From a virus: a DNA stretch of 64,000 nucleotides. A model generated the notes under the pieces. The model was not told the origin of the DNA. It did not search any database and saw nothing but the letters and a program-made list of their open reading frames with translations. Position numbers and translations under genes: made by a program. Below are positions 1-9,572 of this stretch, in pieces (position 1 is the stretch's first letter; each line of letters opens with the position of its first letter). Location: the UHGV virus genome UHGV-0057186; one strand, given 5' to 3'.

Positions 1-98
1 TCCAAAATTTGAGGAGTTACAATATCGCCTTTTTCTAGCAAAGAAACTACTTTATCATATGCGTAAGAATTGATGGCGTTTTTAATTTGAATAGTCAT
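1..98 (-). CDS. hypothetical protein, N-terminal part only (gene runs off the window start)
   Basis: ATG at 96-98 on minus strand, GAGGA SD 5-6 nt upstream; open frame MTIQIKNAINSYAYDKVV... continues to window edge. Confidence 0.45.
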   Translation of the reverse strand, partial: MTIQIKNAINSYAYDKVVSLLEKGDIVTPQIL

Positions 99-133
99 AC
101 ATTATCCTCAATTGCGTTAAAATTTTATTATCC

Positions 134-152
134 AAAAAGGGCCGAAGCCCTT
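134..152 (-). terminator. intrinsic terminator-like hairpin
   Basis: minus-strand GGGC-TTCG-GCCC stem-loop followed by TTTTT, just after stop of 151..351. Confidence 0.45.
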
Positions 153-351
153 AGCTAAACTTTTTGGCACCCTTCCAGCCTTCGTACATCATTGCGACTG
201 ACAATGACAAAGCTCCTTCGCATGCTGTGTACTTATTATTCCAGAACCAATTTAGAAAAACTTCGTCCTCAATACCATTGTGTTTCATGTTCTGGAAAAA
301 TTTGGCGCGTTCTTCACGAAGCTTTTGCGATAACATAGATTCAGGATTCAT
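151..351 (-). CDS. hypothetical protein (66 aa)
   Basis: ORF in track; followed by terminator hairpin; no recognisable motif. Confidence 0.55.
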   Translation of the reverse strand: MNPESMLSQKLREERAKFFQNMKHNGIEDEVFLNWFWNNKYTACEGALSLSVAMMYEGWKGAKKFS

Positions 352-483
352 TTAAATTTCCCAATTACCATTTTCATCAATGAATTTAATCCAGTCATTT
401 ACTGACCACTTAGTTGTATCGCCTTTTGGAGTAACATTTAAAGTGTATAACCCCTGCTTAAAAAGCATTCGTTTGATATTCAT
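352..483 (-). CDS. hypothetical small protein (43 aa)
   Basis: internal ATG (MNIKRM...) chosen because the longer track ORF overlaps the upstream gene; weak. Confidence 0.35.
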   Translation of the reverse strand: MNIKRMLFKQGLYTLNVTPKGDTTKWSVNDWIKFIDENGNWEI

Positions 484-490
484 ATTTTCC

Positions 491-784
491 TCAGCTGTAA
501 CGATAACACTCGTTTGATTTGCGCTTAGCAACTCGTTGAGATGTATTATAATCAAAATCATCGTCAATGTAAACTGATTTTTTCAACTTTCTTACTTCAC
601 CACGCAGTTGACGATTCAATTCATTCTTAACCTCTGAATCAACACCTCGCATACGTCGCCATTTATCTGAACGAAAAATGTTTTCAACCATATCTTTATG
701 ACTTACCCCATCAGGAGCTTTACGCTTTCCGAAATAGTCATAATCACGAACTTTCAAGTCTTTACGACGATACGTTTTACCCAT
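491..784 (-). CDS. hypothetical basic protein (97 aa)
   Basis: start MGKTYRRKDLK with AAGGA SD upstream; Lys/Arg-rich. Confidence 0.5.
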   Translation of the reverse strand: MGKTYRRKDLKVRDYDYFGKRKAPDGVSHKDMVENIFRSDKWRRMRGVDSEVKNELNRQLRGEVRKLKKSVYIDDDFDYNTSQRVAKRKSNECYRYS

Positions 785-959
785 GGAGTTTAATTTCCTT
801 AGCAACTGAACTAAATACAGCACGATCACAAATAATGTGTTTATGTAACTTAAGTATAAGATAATAAACATCATAACCATTTACGTAAGTAACACGAACA
901 ACATTACCATTAATAAAATAATATTGTCCCTTTTTAATTTCTTTATCAACCACAACCAT
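777..959 (-). CDS. hypothetical protein (60 aa)
   Basis: ATG at 957-959 with GAGGA SD; early-type promoter immediately upstream. Confidence 0.55.
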   Translation of the reverse strand: MVVVDKEIKKGQYYFINGNVVRVTYVNGYDVYYLILKLHKHIICDRAVFSSVAKEIKLHG

Positions 960-989
960 ATCAATTCCTCAAAGGTAATTCATATGTTA

Positions 990-1019
990 ATAATACCACG
1001 GTTTGAACTTGTTGTAAAC
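990..1019 (-). promoter_or_regulatory. early sigma70-type promoter (GTTTAC -35, TATTAT -10)
   Basis: minus-strand GTTTAC (1014-1019) and TATTAT (990-995) with 18-nt spacer, followed by SD and ATG of 777..959. Confidence 0.5.
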
Positions 1020-1090
1020 AACTTTGTGAAAAATATTTTAGGGAATGACAAGAAGGGAACGATAGCTTAGAATGGTAATATACAGAATGT

Positions 1091-1114
1091 AAGAAAGAAA
1101 GGCCCAGAGGGCCC
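1091..1114 (-). terminator. terminator-like hairpin
   Basis: GGCCC-AGAG-GGGCC stem-loop followed by T-rich run on minus strand, after stop of nrdH-like gene. Confidence 0.4.
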
Positions 1115-1117
1115 GTC

Positions 1118-1489
1118 TTAGTCTTCTATGATATCTCTATCATATCCAAGTGAAATGAGAGTTTCTTTGAAGTGTTTAATGTTCTTTTGTCTAGAATCAT
1201 TGATGAAAATGACTGGATAACAAATGTTAAGAGATGTGAATCCAGCGCGTTTAGCAAGAGATACAATCAGTGGACGATCATACTCAATCTTACCATTATT
1301 TGTAAGAACTTTATAGAAAGTAAAAGGAGCATTAAGCTCCTTTAGAAGTTTTGTAACTGATTGACATCCAGGACAACGACCTACTTCATCTGGAATTCCA
1401 TAGACTTCAATCTTATTCTTTAAGTTCGAGTTTTGTTCCACGAGAAATAATTCCTTGATAAGCCCAGTATGGCGGGTTAACAGAATCAT
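1118..1489 (-). CDS. nrdH: glutaredoxin-like protein (NrdH-like redoxin)
   Basis: KIEVYG...CPGC...YPVIFIND thioredoxin-fold pattern; sits next to nrdG/nrdD as in T4; start uncertain (ATG 1489 or GTG 1441). Confidence 0.65.
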   Translation of the reverse strand: MILLTRHTGLIKELFLVEQNSNLKNKIEVYGIPDEVGRCPGCQSVTKLLKELNAPFTFYKVLTNNGKIEYDRPLIVSLAKRAGFTSLNICYPVIFINDSRQKNIKHFKETLISLGYDRDIIED

Positions 1490-1724
1490 CGCCAGAATTT
1501 TCTTCAGGAAAATAAACCTGGATAACAAATCCAGATGCATCAAAGGTAAAATAAACCGTAGGTAATTCACCTAACAATTCAGCGCGGTTATTAATTTCTT
1601 CAAGTTCTCGTTCTCGTCCAGCCCAAAAACTAGGATTTAGACTACATTCATAGAAATAATAGTCATTACCGAACATATCAAAACCCTTCCAACTCTCTAC
1701 CACATATCGCTCAAAACTAATCAT
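1413..1724 (-). CDS. hypothetical protein (103 aa)
   Basis: ORF in track; stop/start overlap with upstream gene (TAATTATG). Confidence 0.5.
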   Translation of the reverse strand: MISFERYVVESWKGFDMFGNDYYFYECSLNPSFWAGRERELEEINNRAELLGELPTVYFTFDASGFVIQVYFPEENSGDDSVNPPYWAYQGIISRGTKLELKE

Positions 1725-1726
1725 AA

Positions 1727-1942
1727 TTAGGCCTTTTTATCAAGAACAGCATTCAGTTTGTTAGTAATTTTATCCAGACGCTCATTGAACTCGCTAGAAG
1801 ATAAGCCTTTTTCTGGAGAAATTAAGCTAATCACGAAAAATATAGCAATAAAAGGAATAAGAAAAATAGCACCAACTGCCATAAACAAAAAGAACGTTAC
1901 AGTTGTAAGAAAATCAGCTAAACCTTTACGAAATTTATACAT
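1727..1942 (-). CDS. small membrane protein (71 aa)
   Basis: hydrophobic core TTVTFFLFMAVGAIFLIPFIAIFFVISLI; AAGGG SD. Confidence 0.55.
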   Translation of the reverse strand: MYKFRKGLADFLTTVTFFLFMAVGAIFLIPFIAIFFVISLISPEKGLSSSEFNERLDKITNKLNAVLDKKA

Positions 1943-1951
1943 ATTTTACCC

Positions 1952-2065
1952 TTAATTGATTAACCAAGCATTGATAAGCACTAAACTATATTGCGAATAA
2001 AATTCTGGACCAAAATGAAAAATCATATCATTTATAGTATCCATAATGTAATTCAATTTAATCAT
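1952..2065 (-). CDS. hypothetical small protein (37 aa)
   Basis: ATG overlaps nrdG stop (translational coupling); short, weak. Confidence 0.3.
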   Translation of the reverse strand: MIKLNYIMDTINDMIFHFGPEFYSQYSLVLINAWLIN

Positions 2066-2528
2066 GTGTCCACACCCCATCGGTATTTGACCAAAGTCGC
2101 TGATTATCTGATCCTCGCCACAGCTTTTTGGTCGGAAGATTTTTCTCATACTTCCCATCAATAATAACATCAACATATTTAAGCATTTCTAGTTGTTTAA
2201 TATCTTCAAACTTATATCCTGTCCACAACCAAATGCTTTTATTGGGATAAAGATTTTTAATAGTTTGAACCACAGAGTGAATCACGTCTCTGTTATCAGG
2301 ATAGAGAGGGTCACCTCCGGTTATAGTCAATCCTTCTATATAATCATTATTCAAACATTCAATTAATTGTTCTAGTGTTTCACCAGTGAATGGAACACCA
2401 TTTCTAGCATTCCATGTTGATTTATTATAACACCCTTCACATTTATGCAAACAACCTGTAACGAAAAGAACGGTCCTGCAGCCAGGACCATTAACAAAAT
2501 CGCAAGGATAAAATCTATCATAATTCAT
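2058..2528 (-). CDS. nrdG: anaerobic ribonucleotide reductase activating protein (radical SAM)
   Basis: CxxxCxxC cluster (GCLHKCEGC) and second Cys cluster near N-terminus; 156 aa; directly downstream of nrdD. Confidence 0.92.
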   Translation of the reverse strand: MNYDRFYPCDFVNGPGCRTVLFVTGCLHKCEGCYNKSTWNARNGVPFTGETLEQLIECLNNDYIEGLTITGGDPLYPDNRDVIHSVVQTIKNLYPNKSIWLWTGYKFEDIKQLEMLKYVDVIIDGKYEKNLPTKKLWRGSDNQRLWSNTDGVWTHD

Positions 2529-4342
2529 TGGTGCTTAACCCTATGCATGATTTCTTTATTTTTGCCGAGATTAAATCCGCGTTCGTTCGGATTTCCCAAA
2601 TAACCACATGTTCTTCTTATTGTGTTCATCTTTTTAGGATCAGTTTCTCCACAAATAGAACAAACAAATCCGTTTTCAGTAGGAGTCATTTCATGGGTAC
2701 TTCCACATGTAAAACATTTATCTACTGGCATATTAACACCAAAATAATCTAAATGTTGTGCAGCATAATCCCAGACAGCCTCAAGACCTTTTAGGTTATT
2801 TTTCATATCAGGAAGTTCAACATAAGAAATGTGACCACCTGTCGCAATGAAATGATATGGGGCTTCGCGAGAAATCTTTTCAAACGGAGTAATATTTTCT
2901 TCTACTGAAACATGGAAACTGTTAGTGTACCATCCTTTATCGGTAACATCTTTTACACTTCCATATTTTTCGGTATCAAGTTTACAGAAGCGATAACAAA
3001 GGTTTTCAGCAGGAGTCGAATACAAACTAAAAGCAAACCCAGTTCTTTCAGTCCACTGTTTAAGACGAGCATTCATTTTAGTCAAAATTTCTTGTCCAAT
3101 ATCACGACCGACAAGAATATTCAATTCATGAATACCAATGTATCCTAGGGACACTGAACTTCTACCGTTTTTAAATAACTCAATTATGTCGTCATCAGGT
3201 TTAAGACGAACCCCGAATGCACCTTCTTGGTAAAGAATAGGAGCAACAGTCGCTTTAACTCCTTTTAAGGAATTGATTCTACACATCAAAGCTTCAAAAC
3301 ACAGATCCATTCGTTCATTGAATAATTCAACAAATTTCTGTTCATTGAATTGTGTTCCAATATAAGAATCTAACGCGATGCGAGGAAGATTCAGTGTTAC
3401 AACACCAAGATTATTACGTCCATCAAGAATTTCATTACCAGTCGAATCTTTCCATACGCTCAAGAAACTACGGCAACCCATTGGAGAAACAGGAATAGAT
3501 GAACCAGTGATAGCTTTATTGTTCTTAGCTGAAATAATATCAGGATACATTCTTTTGCTTGCACACTCTAGAGCAAGCTGCTTAATATCATAGTTCGGAT
3601 CGTCTTTATAAAGATTAACACCTTCTTCAACGAACATAACAAGCTTAGGGAAAATAGGAGTTATTCCATCACGACCAAGACCTTTAATGCGGTTTTTAAG
3701 AATTGCCTTCTGAATCATTCGTTCAGTCCAGTCAGTTCCCGTACCAAATGTAATTGTCACAAAAGGCGTTTGTCCGTTTGAACTAAAGAGAGTATTTACT
3801 TCATATTCATAAGCTTGGAATGCGTCATAGACATCTTTTTCTGTCTTAGATTGAGCATAATTCAACGCATCAGCGATTTGCCATTTTTCTGCATCTTCAA
3901 CATGTTTTGCATAGGTGCGTTTAACATAAGGAGAAAGAACTTTATCGACATTCGCAAATGTAGTTCCGCCATACTGATGTGAAGCAACCTGTGCAGTAAT
4001 TTGTGCCATAATTGCAGTAGCAACGCCAATTGATTTAGGAGTTTCAATCTGCGCATTACCAAGCTTAAATCCGTTCTCAAGCATTCCTTTTAAATCTACT
4101 AAACAGCAATTAGTAAAAGGCAATGATATACTGTAATCTAAATCATGAAAATGAATTAATCCAACATTATGGGCATTTACAATATGACTTGGAAGAATAC
4201 GACAAGCGATATGTTTAGAAACAATACCGGCCATTAAATCTCTTTTTGTTGGAAAGACGCGAGAATCTTTGTTGGCGTTTTCTGTATTTAATTCTTTATC
4301 TTTATTTGAAATAAAATTTAAAACATCTTTTTCTAAAGACAT
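2525..4342 (-). CDS. nrdD: anaerobic ribonucleoside-triphosphate reductase (class III), intron-less
   Basis: 605 aa; C-terminal glycyl-radical motif RTCGYLG; zinc ribbon CFTCGS...CSICGE; continuous ORF with no intron. Confidence 0.95.
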   Translation of the reverse strand: MSLEKDVLNFISNKDKELNTENANKDSRVFPTKRDLMAGIVSKHIACRILPSHIVNAHNVGLIHFHDLDYSISLPFTNCCLVDLKGMLENGFKLGNAQIETPKSIGVATAIMAQITAQVASHQYGGTTFANVDKVLSPYVKRTYAKHVEDAEKWQIADALNYAQSKTEKDVYDAFQAYEYEVNTLFSSNGQTPFVTITFGTGTDWTERMIQKAILKNRIKGLGRDGITPIFPKLVMFVEEGVNLYKDDPNYDIKQLALECASKRMYPDIISAKNNKAITGSSIPVSPMGCRSFLSVWKDSTGNEILDGRNNLGVVTLNLPRIALDSYIGTQFNEQKFVELFNERMDLCFEALMCRINSLKGVKATVAPILYQEGAFGVRLKPDDDIIELFKNGRSSVSLGYIGIHELNILVGRDIGQEILTKMNARLKQWTERTGFAFSLYSTPAENLCYRFCKLDTEKYGSVKDVTDKGWYTNSFHVSVEENITPFEKISREAPYHFIATGGHISYVELPDMKNNLKGLEAVWDYAAQHLDYFGVNMPVDKCFTCGSTHEMTPTENGFVCSICGETDPKKMNTIRRTCGYLGNPNERGFNLGKNKEIMHRVKHQ

Positions 4343-5154
4343 AATTCTAATTTATCCTTTTGAAATTCTTCGTCTAAATATGGGTTCCAACCCATTTTAA
4401 ACCTTTTGATGAAATTATCAATTCTAAATTTTGGTAAGTTTAAATCCGCAAAAATAGATGATTTACTTTTAAAATCTGGACTTAAATAATCATATAAAAT
4501 TTCTGCGTATTTTAACCATAATATACAAGTACCAGATTTAATTGCTCTCGGAGTTTTCCAAGGTTTTACACCATACATCGGATTTCCACTTCCTTTATGC
4601 CTGATAGAAGATGAAATTCCAATTTTAATTTTAGCTTCCTTTGTATGCGAAAATCCACGATGCGGATTTTCTTTCCAGTATTTTTTAGAAGCTTCTGATA
4701 TTTTCTTTCTGGCTAAATTAGTATGATGCTTTCCATAAAATCCATGATTTTTGCCTTTATTACGATTTCTTTTAATCATGGTTATTGATTGCTTTTCTCT
4801 AGTTTCTTTAGAAGGAGAAACACCGTACGTTGTAAATTGACCATCAGCATATGCTAAATTAAAATACTCTTTATTCCATACATCTTTTTCTATATTCTTT
4901 TGAAATTCAGCTTCAATGCTAGTTATTTGTTCATCTCCGACTAATTGAAAATATAATATTTCAACTTTCGGCGTTTCTTTCAACAGGGCTTTTTGAAATT
5001 CGGAAGATGACGAAGACGAATAATAAAATTTACCATTTTTATCAATAATATTCGTTCCGTCAAAAGTGCAATTAGTTTTACTTCCAATGTAATAATATGG
5101 CGGGGTTTTAGCATTAATTCTATTAATAAATGATAGTTTATATACTACATTCAT
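4333..5154 (-). CDS. free-standing GIY-YIG homing endonuclease-like protein
   Basis: N-terminal VVYKLSF...YYYIGSK (GIY...YIG pattern); two NUMOD3-like repeats (GKNHGFYGKHHT, KGSGNPMYGVKPW); overlaps nrdD start by 10 nt. Confidence 0.75.
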   Translation of the reverse strand: MNVVYKLSFINRINAKTPPYYYIGSKTNCTFDGTNIIDKNGKFYYSSSSSSEFQKALLKETPKVEILYFQLVGDEQITSIEAEFQKNIEKDVWNKEYFNLAYADGQFTTYGVSPSKETREKQSITMIKRNRNKGKNHGFYGKHHTNLARKKISEASKKYWKENPHRGFSHTKEAKIKIGISSSIRHKGSGNPMYGVKPWKTPRAIKSGTCILWLKYAEILYDYLSPDFKSKSSIFADLNLPKFRIDNFIKRFKMGWNPYLDEEFQKDKLELCL

Positions 5155-5624
5155 TTTAAACTCTTTCTAAGCTGCTTCTTGAATGAAGCTATTAATTGTG
5201 TTTTGGTGTCAGATTCATTATATTCAAATCCTCTTTGAAGCATCTCAGCCATCATTTCCTCTTTTCCTAAACGAGAAAATTCCTTTGATTTATCTCCAAC
5301 AAAGTTAGGGTGAATATTATTTTGGGTGTAATCGGATTTTAAATAAGTAAGTAAATTTTCTAACCATTCAAGATAATCAACACCTTGTCCCTTTAAGCCA
5401 GAACGATTAAATTTATGCTTCATTTGACCTTCTGCGGCATTACAGAGATTACAAAGCAATCCACGTACCTTTCCTGCTTTTGGTCCATTTAATTCATGGT
5501 CATGGTCGAGGTGATTAGCTTGAACATCAGGATTTAGTTCTCGTTGGCAAATTAAGCATTTACCGTTTTGTGCATCATAAAATTTCTGTTTTTCTTCTTT
5601 ATATAATTTGCCAGTCAATAACAT
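5151..5624 (-). CDS. 49: endonuclease VII (Holliday junction resolvase)
   Basis: 157 aa, matches T4 gp49 as I recall it (CLICQRELNPDVQANHLDHDHE...CNLCN zinc/HNH-like motif). Confidence 0.93.
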   Translation of the reverse strand: MLLTGKLYKEEKQKFYDAQNGKCLICQRELNPDVQANHLDHDHELNGPKAGKVRGLLCNLCNAAEGQMKHKFNRSGLKGQGVDYLEWLENLLTYLKSDYTQNNIHPNFVGDKSKEFSRLGKEEMMAEMLQRGFEYNESDTKTQLIASFKKQLRKSLK

Positions 5625-5665
5625 AATAAACCCTTACCTTAAATAGATAAGGGTATTTATTATTT

Positions 5666-6169
5666 TCAAGTATTGTAAAACATTTGATTCAATCGCTTAT
5701 ATTGCCGAATCTTTTGGTCAGAAAAAGAAATTTGAGTTTCAAGCCATTCAATGTACTCTGCGGCAGCTTGCATTAAATTTCCTTCATAGCCATCGTTATT
5801 TTCTTGTGCAGCTAATTTAGCTAATGCGTATGAAATACGTTCACCTTGAAAATCGGCTTTAGGCTTCTGAACAACTTGATTAGTTCGCTCTACAACTTCT
5901 TCAATTTCGCCATTTTCGACTGATTCAGTATTCCACAAGCACCAATACGTAATTGGCTTATCGTAGATGTTAATAATCTTTCCGCCGGAAAGTTCAATTT
6001 CAATAATTCCAGTATCAGGTTCTATATCATCTTCGCATTCTTTTGCAAGTTCACGAACTTTAAAGACAGTACCTGCACTAAGTTCCGGCCAGTAATTACA
6101 CAGCCCTGTATCAGCACGATTAATTCTAAACCACTTATCTACTGTAATCATGTCCCATCTCCATATCAA
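5666..6169 (-). CDS. hypothetical protein (position of pin in T4)
   Basis: ORF in track; synteny only; start may be the internal ATG (MITVDKW). Confidence 0.55.
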   Translation of the reverse strand: MIWRWDMITVDKWFRINRADTGLCNYWPELSAGTVFKVRELAKECEDDIEPDTGIIEIELSGGKIINIYDKPITYWCLWNTESVENGEIEEVVERTNQVVQKPKADFQGERISYALAKLAAQENNDGYEGNLMQAAAEYIEWLETQISFSDQKIRQYKRLNQMFYNT

Positions 6170-6273
6170 TTAAGTCATTTATCGTTGGTTCATTATATAC
6201 TGTTTCTTCATCAGTGTAAACCGGTTCTTCCGGCTCTGGCTCTACAGTTTCCCATCTAGCCGCCCACCAAGGT

Positions 6274-6444
6274 TTAACCCCGAAGCTTATTAAGTTCTTC
6301 ATAACCAATCCAGGATTCTAATCCTGATGGCAGGTCACATTCAATTTCCCAAAGAAGTTCTTCAATTTTCTGAAGACGATCTAGTTCTTCAGCTGGAATA
6401 GTAACCATTGATGGAGTTCTTGATACACTAATATCGTAAATCAT
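6274..6444 (-). CDS. hypothetical protein (56 aa)
   Basis: start MIYDIS coupled to upstream stop (TAAATATG). Confidence 0.45.
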   Translation of the reverse strand: MIYDISVSRTPSMVTIPAEELDRLQKIEELLWEIECDLPSGLESWIGYEELNKLRG

Positions 6445-6446
6445 AT

Positions 6447-6662
6447 TTACCCCAGTTTGACCATGCAATCACCGTATTTCCACTTAGAAATAGACTTTTC
6501 ACCATTAGAATAATAAACTTCGAGTTTAGCACGATTATTTTTAATTTGAATAACCTTGGCTGTCATCAAAGTTCCATACCCATAGTAAACTGCAACTTCA
6601 TCACCTACATATACCGCGCTTCCGCGGTAATCATGGATATAATCAGTTCCTTCGAGCATCAT
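6447..6662 (-). CDS. hypothetical protein (71 aa)
   Basis: ORF in track; ATGATG start overlaps nrdC stop. Confidence 0.5.
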   Translation of the reverse strand: MMLEGTDYIHDYRGSAVYVGDEVAVYYGYGTLMTAKVIQIKNNRAKLEVYYSNGEKSISKWKYGDCMVKLG

Positions 6663-6922
6663 TTAAAGTATTCCCGCAATTGGTCAAATCCACCAATATG
6701 ACTTCCATCAGGAGCAAATACCTGAGGCATCGTCAAGCCGATTTGAGTATCACGACCTAGTTTAGTCAGAAGCTCAGCGATTTTCTCATCATCAAAAACA
6801 CCTTTTTCCGGCATAATGTTGATAAATTCAAACGGTTGTTTCTTCACAGTCAAGAGACGTTTTGCATTATCGCAATACACACATTTATGGATGTTGCTAT
6901 CATAACCATATACTTTAAACAT
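6659..6922 (-). CDS. nrdC: thioredoxin/glutaredoxin for phage RNR
   Basis: 87 aa, CVYC active site, matches T4 NrdC as I recall it. Confidence 0.92.
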   Translation of the reverse strand: MFKVYGYDSNIHKCVYCDNAKRLLTVKKQPFEFINIMPEKGVFDDEKIAELLTKLGRDTQIGLTMPQVFAPDGSHIGGFDQLREYFK

Positions 6923-6923
6923 A

Positions 6924-7166
6924 TTATTCCTTAATTCCTAGTACTTGTTTAAAAGTCTCGTCGTAATCAAGACTTTGACCCGTTTGTTCTTTATGTTTGT
7001 ATATAATATCACTTACTTCTGATAGCATATTTTTGTATGAACGAGTTAAAGCAGATTTAAGCACGCTGTATCTATCAGGAAATTTACCATGTTCATTATA
7101 ATAAGCTATTGCTAATTCACGGACTGCCTTTTCGGCAGTCTCCATATATTCTTTACGCTTGGTCAT
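6924..7166 (-). CDS. hypothetical protein (80 aa)
   Basis: ORF in track; synteny with T4 nrdC.1 position. Confidence 0.55.
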
Positions 7167-7168
7167 TT

Positions 7169-7537
7169 TTAATCCAAAATATTATTAGGCATTGGTTGAA
7201 CACTCGCAAGTTCTTTAAAGAACTCAGTAGAGTCAGGTAATTTAACCATTTCCGGAGCATGCTTACTAAATTTATGTTTACAATGACGACATTTATATTC
7301 AAGCTCTGGTTTACGCCAGTTAATCAATTGGACCTGTTCAGTACCGCACTCAGGACAATTAGGAACGTTTTTAGAAGCCCTTTCGCGACGTTCAACCATA
7401 ACCATAATAGCGTCCCATGCTGGAGGTTTAAAATCTAAATCGTCAGTAACTAGCAGTCCTTTATCAAACCCAGCGCATGGAGTCCATTCAGGAAAATCTG
7501 AAGCTTCGGCAATATCTTCTAATAAGCGCTTTTTCAT
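7169..7537 (-). CDS. zinc-ribbon protein (122 aa)
   Basis: CPECGTEQ...CRHCKHKF four-Cys motif. Confidence 0.55.
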
Positions 7538-8460
7538 TTCAGTACCTCAATAGCATCACGTAAACCATTTGCTTTGGCGGTTAAAGCCTTAATAACTTTA
7601 GTATGCTCTTCAATCTGTTTTTCAACTTCAATCAAACGGGCACTGAGATATTCGCGTTCTTCTTTCATAGTATCATTCCCATGATTGGGCTTTGGCGTAG
7701 GTTTAAATTTATTAGGGTCCTTTAACTTAATAACAACTTTAGTTTCAAACAGTGAAAGACCATAATTCGTATTATCATCAAAGGATTCAACTACGTCCAT
7801 TTTAGACAATAACGTACGAAGATTATAAGTCAAAGAACGAATCGTTTTATTATGTTTATTAGCTTCACATGGTTTCATATATGGAAGATTTTTATATATT
7901 TCATGCGGAGCACAAACAATAATTGACAATTCAAATGGTCCATTCTGTGATGATGGAATGAATTTAGCCGTAACCCAATCTTTTACATTTACATTAATAG
8001 TACGATCATCGCCATGACAAAACAGTCTACGAGAATGCTTAAAAAGCATATTCACATTATTATTAAATTCGTGTGAAAACTCACTGGCAAATTTTTCTTT
8101 ACTATTTTTAGAAAACCATTCTTCTAAATAAGTTCTTTTCACGTCGTTAATAATATTAAATGTAACAACATTAGCATTTGATACATTAGTCTCAATGTAG
8201 CTTGGATACATAAATTTTTTAACATTATTAACAGCTATCACAGAAGATAGTAATCGGGAACGTTTGAACCACTCGAGCAAAGAACCAAGAGAATGTGAAT
8301 ACGCATTTTGTGTATCTTTACAAATATGGTTTTCCCATCCAATATAGTCTAAAAAATCACGAAGAATATTATTGATTACTGCTCTGTGTCCGATCTGATA
8401 ATTACGATGTTTAGTAATAAGACCATCAAAATAATCAATATAATGTTTACGAGTTTTCAT
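7534..8460 (-). CDS. hypothetical protein with C-terminal coiled coil (308 aa)
   Basis: ORF in track; heptad-like C-terminus EEREYLSARLIEVEKQIEEH... Confidence 0.65.
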   Translation of the reverse strand: MKTRKHYIDYFDGLITKHRNYQIGHRAVINNILRDFLDYIGWENHICKDTQNAYSHSLGSLLEWFKRSRLLSSVIAVNNVKKFMYPSYIETNVSNANVVTFNIINDVKRTYLEEWFSKNSKEKFASEFSHEFNNNVNMLFKHSRRLFCHGDDRTINVNVKDWVTAKFIPSSQNGPFELSIIVCAPHEIYKNLPYMKPCEANKHNKTIRSLTYNLRTLLSKMDVVESFDDNTNYGLSLFETKVVIKLKDPNKFKPTPKPNHGNDTMKEEREYLSARLIEVEKQIEEHTKVIKALTAKANGLRDAIEVLK

Positions 8461-8512
8461 GTTCTTCTCACTTGGTTAATGGTTTATACTCCGAGCCATC
8501 CTTGGCTTTAAA

Positions 8513-9514
8513 TTACTTAATTAACTGTAAAGCTTGTTCAAGACGATCCAGGCGATTAACAGATTCTTCCCAAATCCTTTTAGCTTGCTCATATTCTTTC
8601 TGTGCTTTATTAGAAATTTCTAGAACTTCTTTATAAGCTTTTTCTAGTGCAATAACTTCTGGACGAATTTCTACTGGTTCAGGCGAATCGTCAAGACATT
8701 CCATTAGTTCCTCAAGGGTAGTTTCTTCTTTAGGAGTATTCACAATTTCATCACATTTTTGTTGGTAAATTTCTTTATCAGTCGGTGAGTACGCACACTT
8801 TACTTCACGGAGACTAACTACAATTTTATATCCTTCCCAACCGCATATATTCTTAAAAGGATAAGTATGAATATTTTCTACTGTTTCCATACAAAGTAAT
8901 GCGGTCTCTAACTGACGAGTTATATCGCTAGCAATTGAGAAAAATTTATTAATGTTCTTTTGATTAGCTTCTGGTGTAAAAAATTCATAATTCACAAAAA
9001 TAGCTGCTTTATTTTTATCAAGCTCATATTCTTTTATGATAATCATATCAGAAGCCCAAGGATGGATTTGACGATAATCACCATAGCATAATTTAGAAGC
9101 TGATTTTAGAATTTGCTTCTTGAAAAGTCTAAAATTACTAATCCAACGACGAGTAAAAATATTCTCAGGGTCTTCTTTATTATTAAGATGATAAGAATTA
9201 ACATCACCGAACCAACTGTATCCTACTACATCTTTAGTTCGTTTAATTTCTTTCCCAAATTTACCAAGAATATCTTGATTAACTAAATATGAAAGAAGAC
9301 GAGAACCTTTAAAAGTTTCCTTAATATCATCTTTATATTCGCGACTAGAAATTTTATGAACTTCATGAATAAATTTGCTTGAAGAAACAATACTTGCATC
9401 AATATTATTGAGCCATTGATTGATAATGGAAATAACACTATTCTGACTAAACACAGGTTTAACTTTATCATCAATAACGCTATTGAATGATTTGATATAT
9501 TCGTTACGAGTCAT
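8513..9514 (-). CDS. hypothetical protein with C-terminal coiled coil (333 aa)
   Basis: start MTRNEYIKS with GAGGAG SD and promoter upstream; C-terminal coiled coil. Confidence 0.65.
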   Translation of the reverse strand: MTRNEYIKSFNSVIDDKVKPVFSQNSVISIINQWLNNIDASIVSSSKFIHEVHKISSREYKDDIKETFKGSRLLSYLVNQDILGKFGKEIKRTKDVVGYSWFGDVNSYHLNNKEDPENIFTRRWISNFRLFKKQILKSASKLCYGDYRQIHPWASDMIIIKEYELDKNKAAIFVNYEFFTPEANQKNINKFFSIASDITRQLETALLCMETVENIHTYPFKNICGWEGYKIVVSLREVKCAYSPTDKEIYQQKCDEIVNTPKEETTLEELMECLDDSPEPVEIRPEVIALEKAYKEVLEISNKAQKEYEQAKRIWEESVNRLDRLEQALQLIK

Positions 9515-9542
9515 ATTAATCTCCTCAGTAGAAAGTAAGAAC

Positions 9543-9572
9543 ATTATACCACATCCTTGTGGCAAAGTAAAC
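9543..9572 (-). promoter_or_regulatory. early sigma70-type promoter (GTTTAC / TGgTATAAT)
   Basis: minus-strand GTTTAC, 18-nt spacer, extended -10 TGGTATAAT, then GAGGAG SD and ATG of 8513..9514. Confidence 0.55.

Noticed and set aside
2525-4342. Group I intron in nrdD, as in T4
   Set aside because: The nrdD frame is continuous for 605 codons with the glycyl-radical motif intact; no insertion is present.
9283-9474. ORF 9283..9474 (minus, 63 aa)
   Set aside because: Lies inside 8513..9514 in another frame; low-complexity translation.
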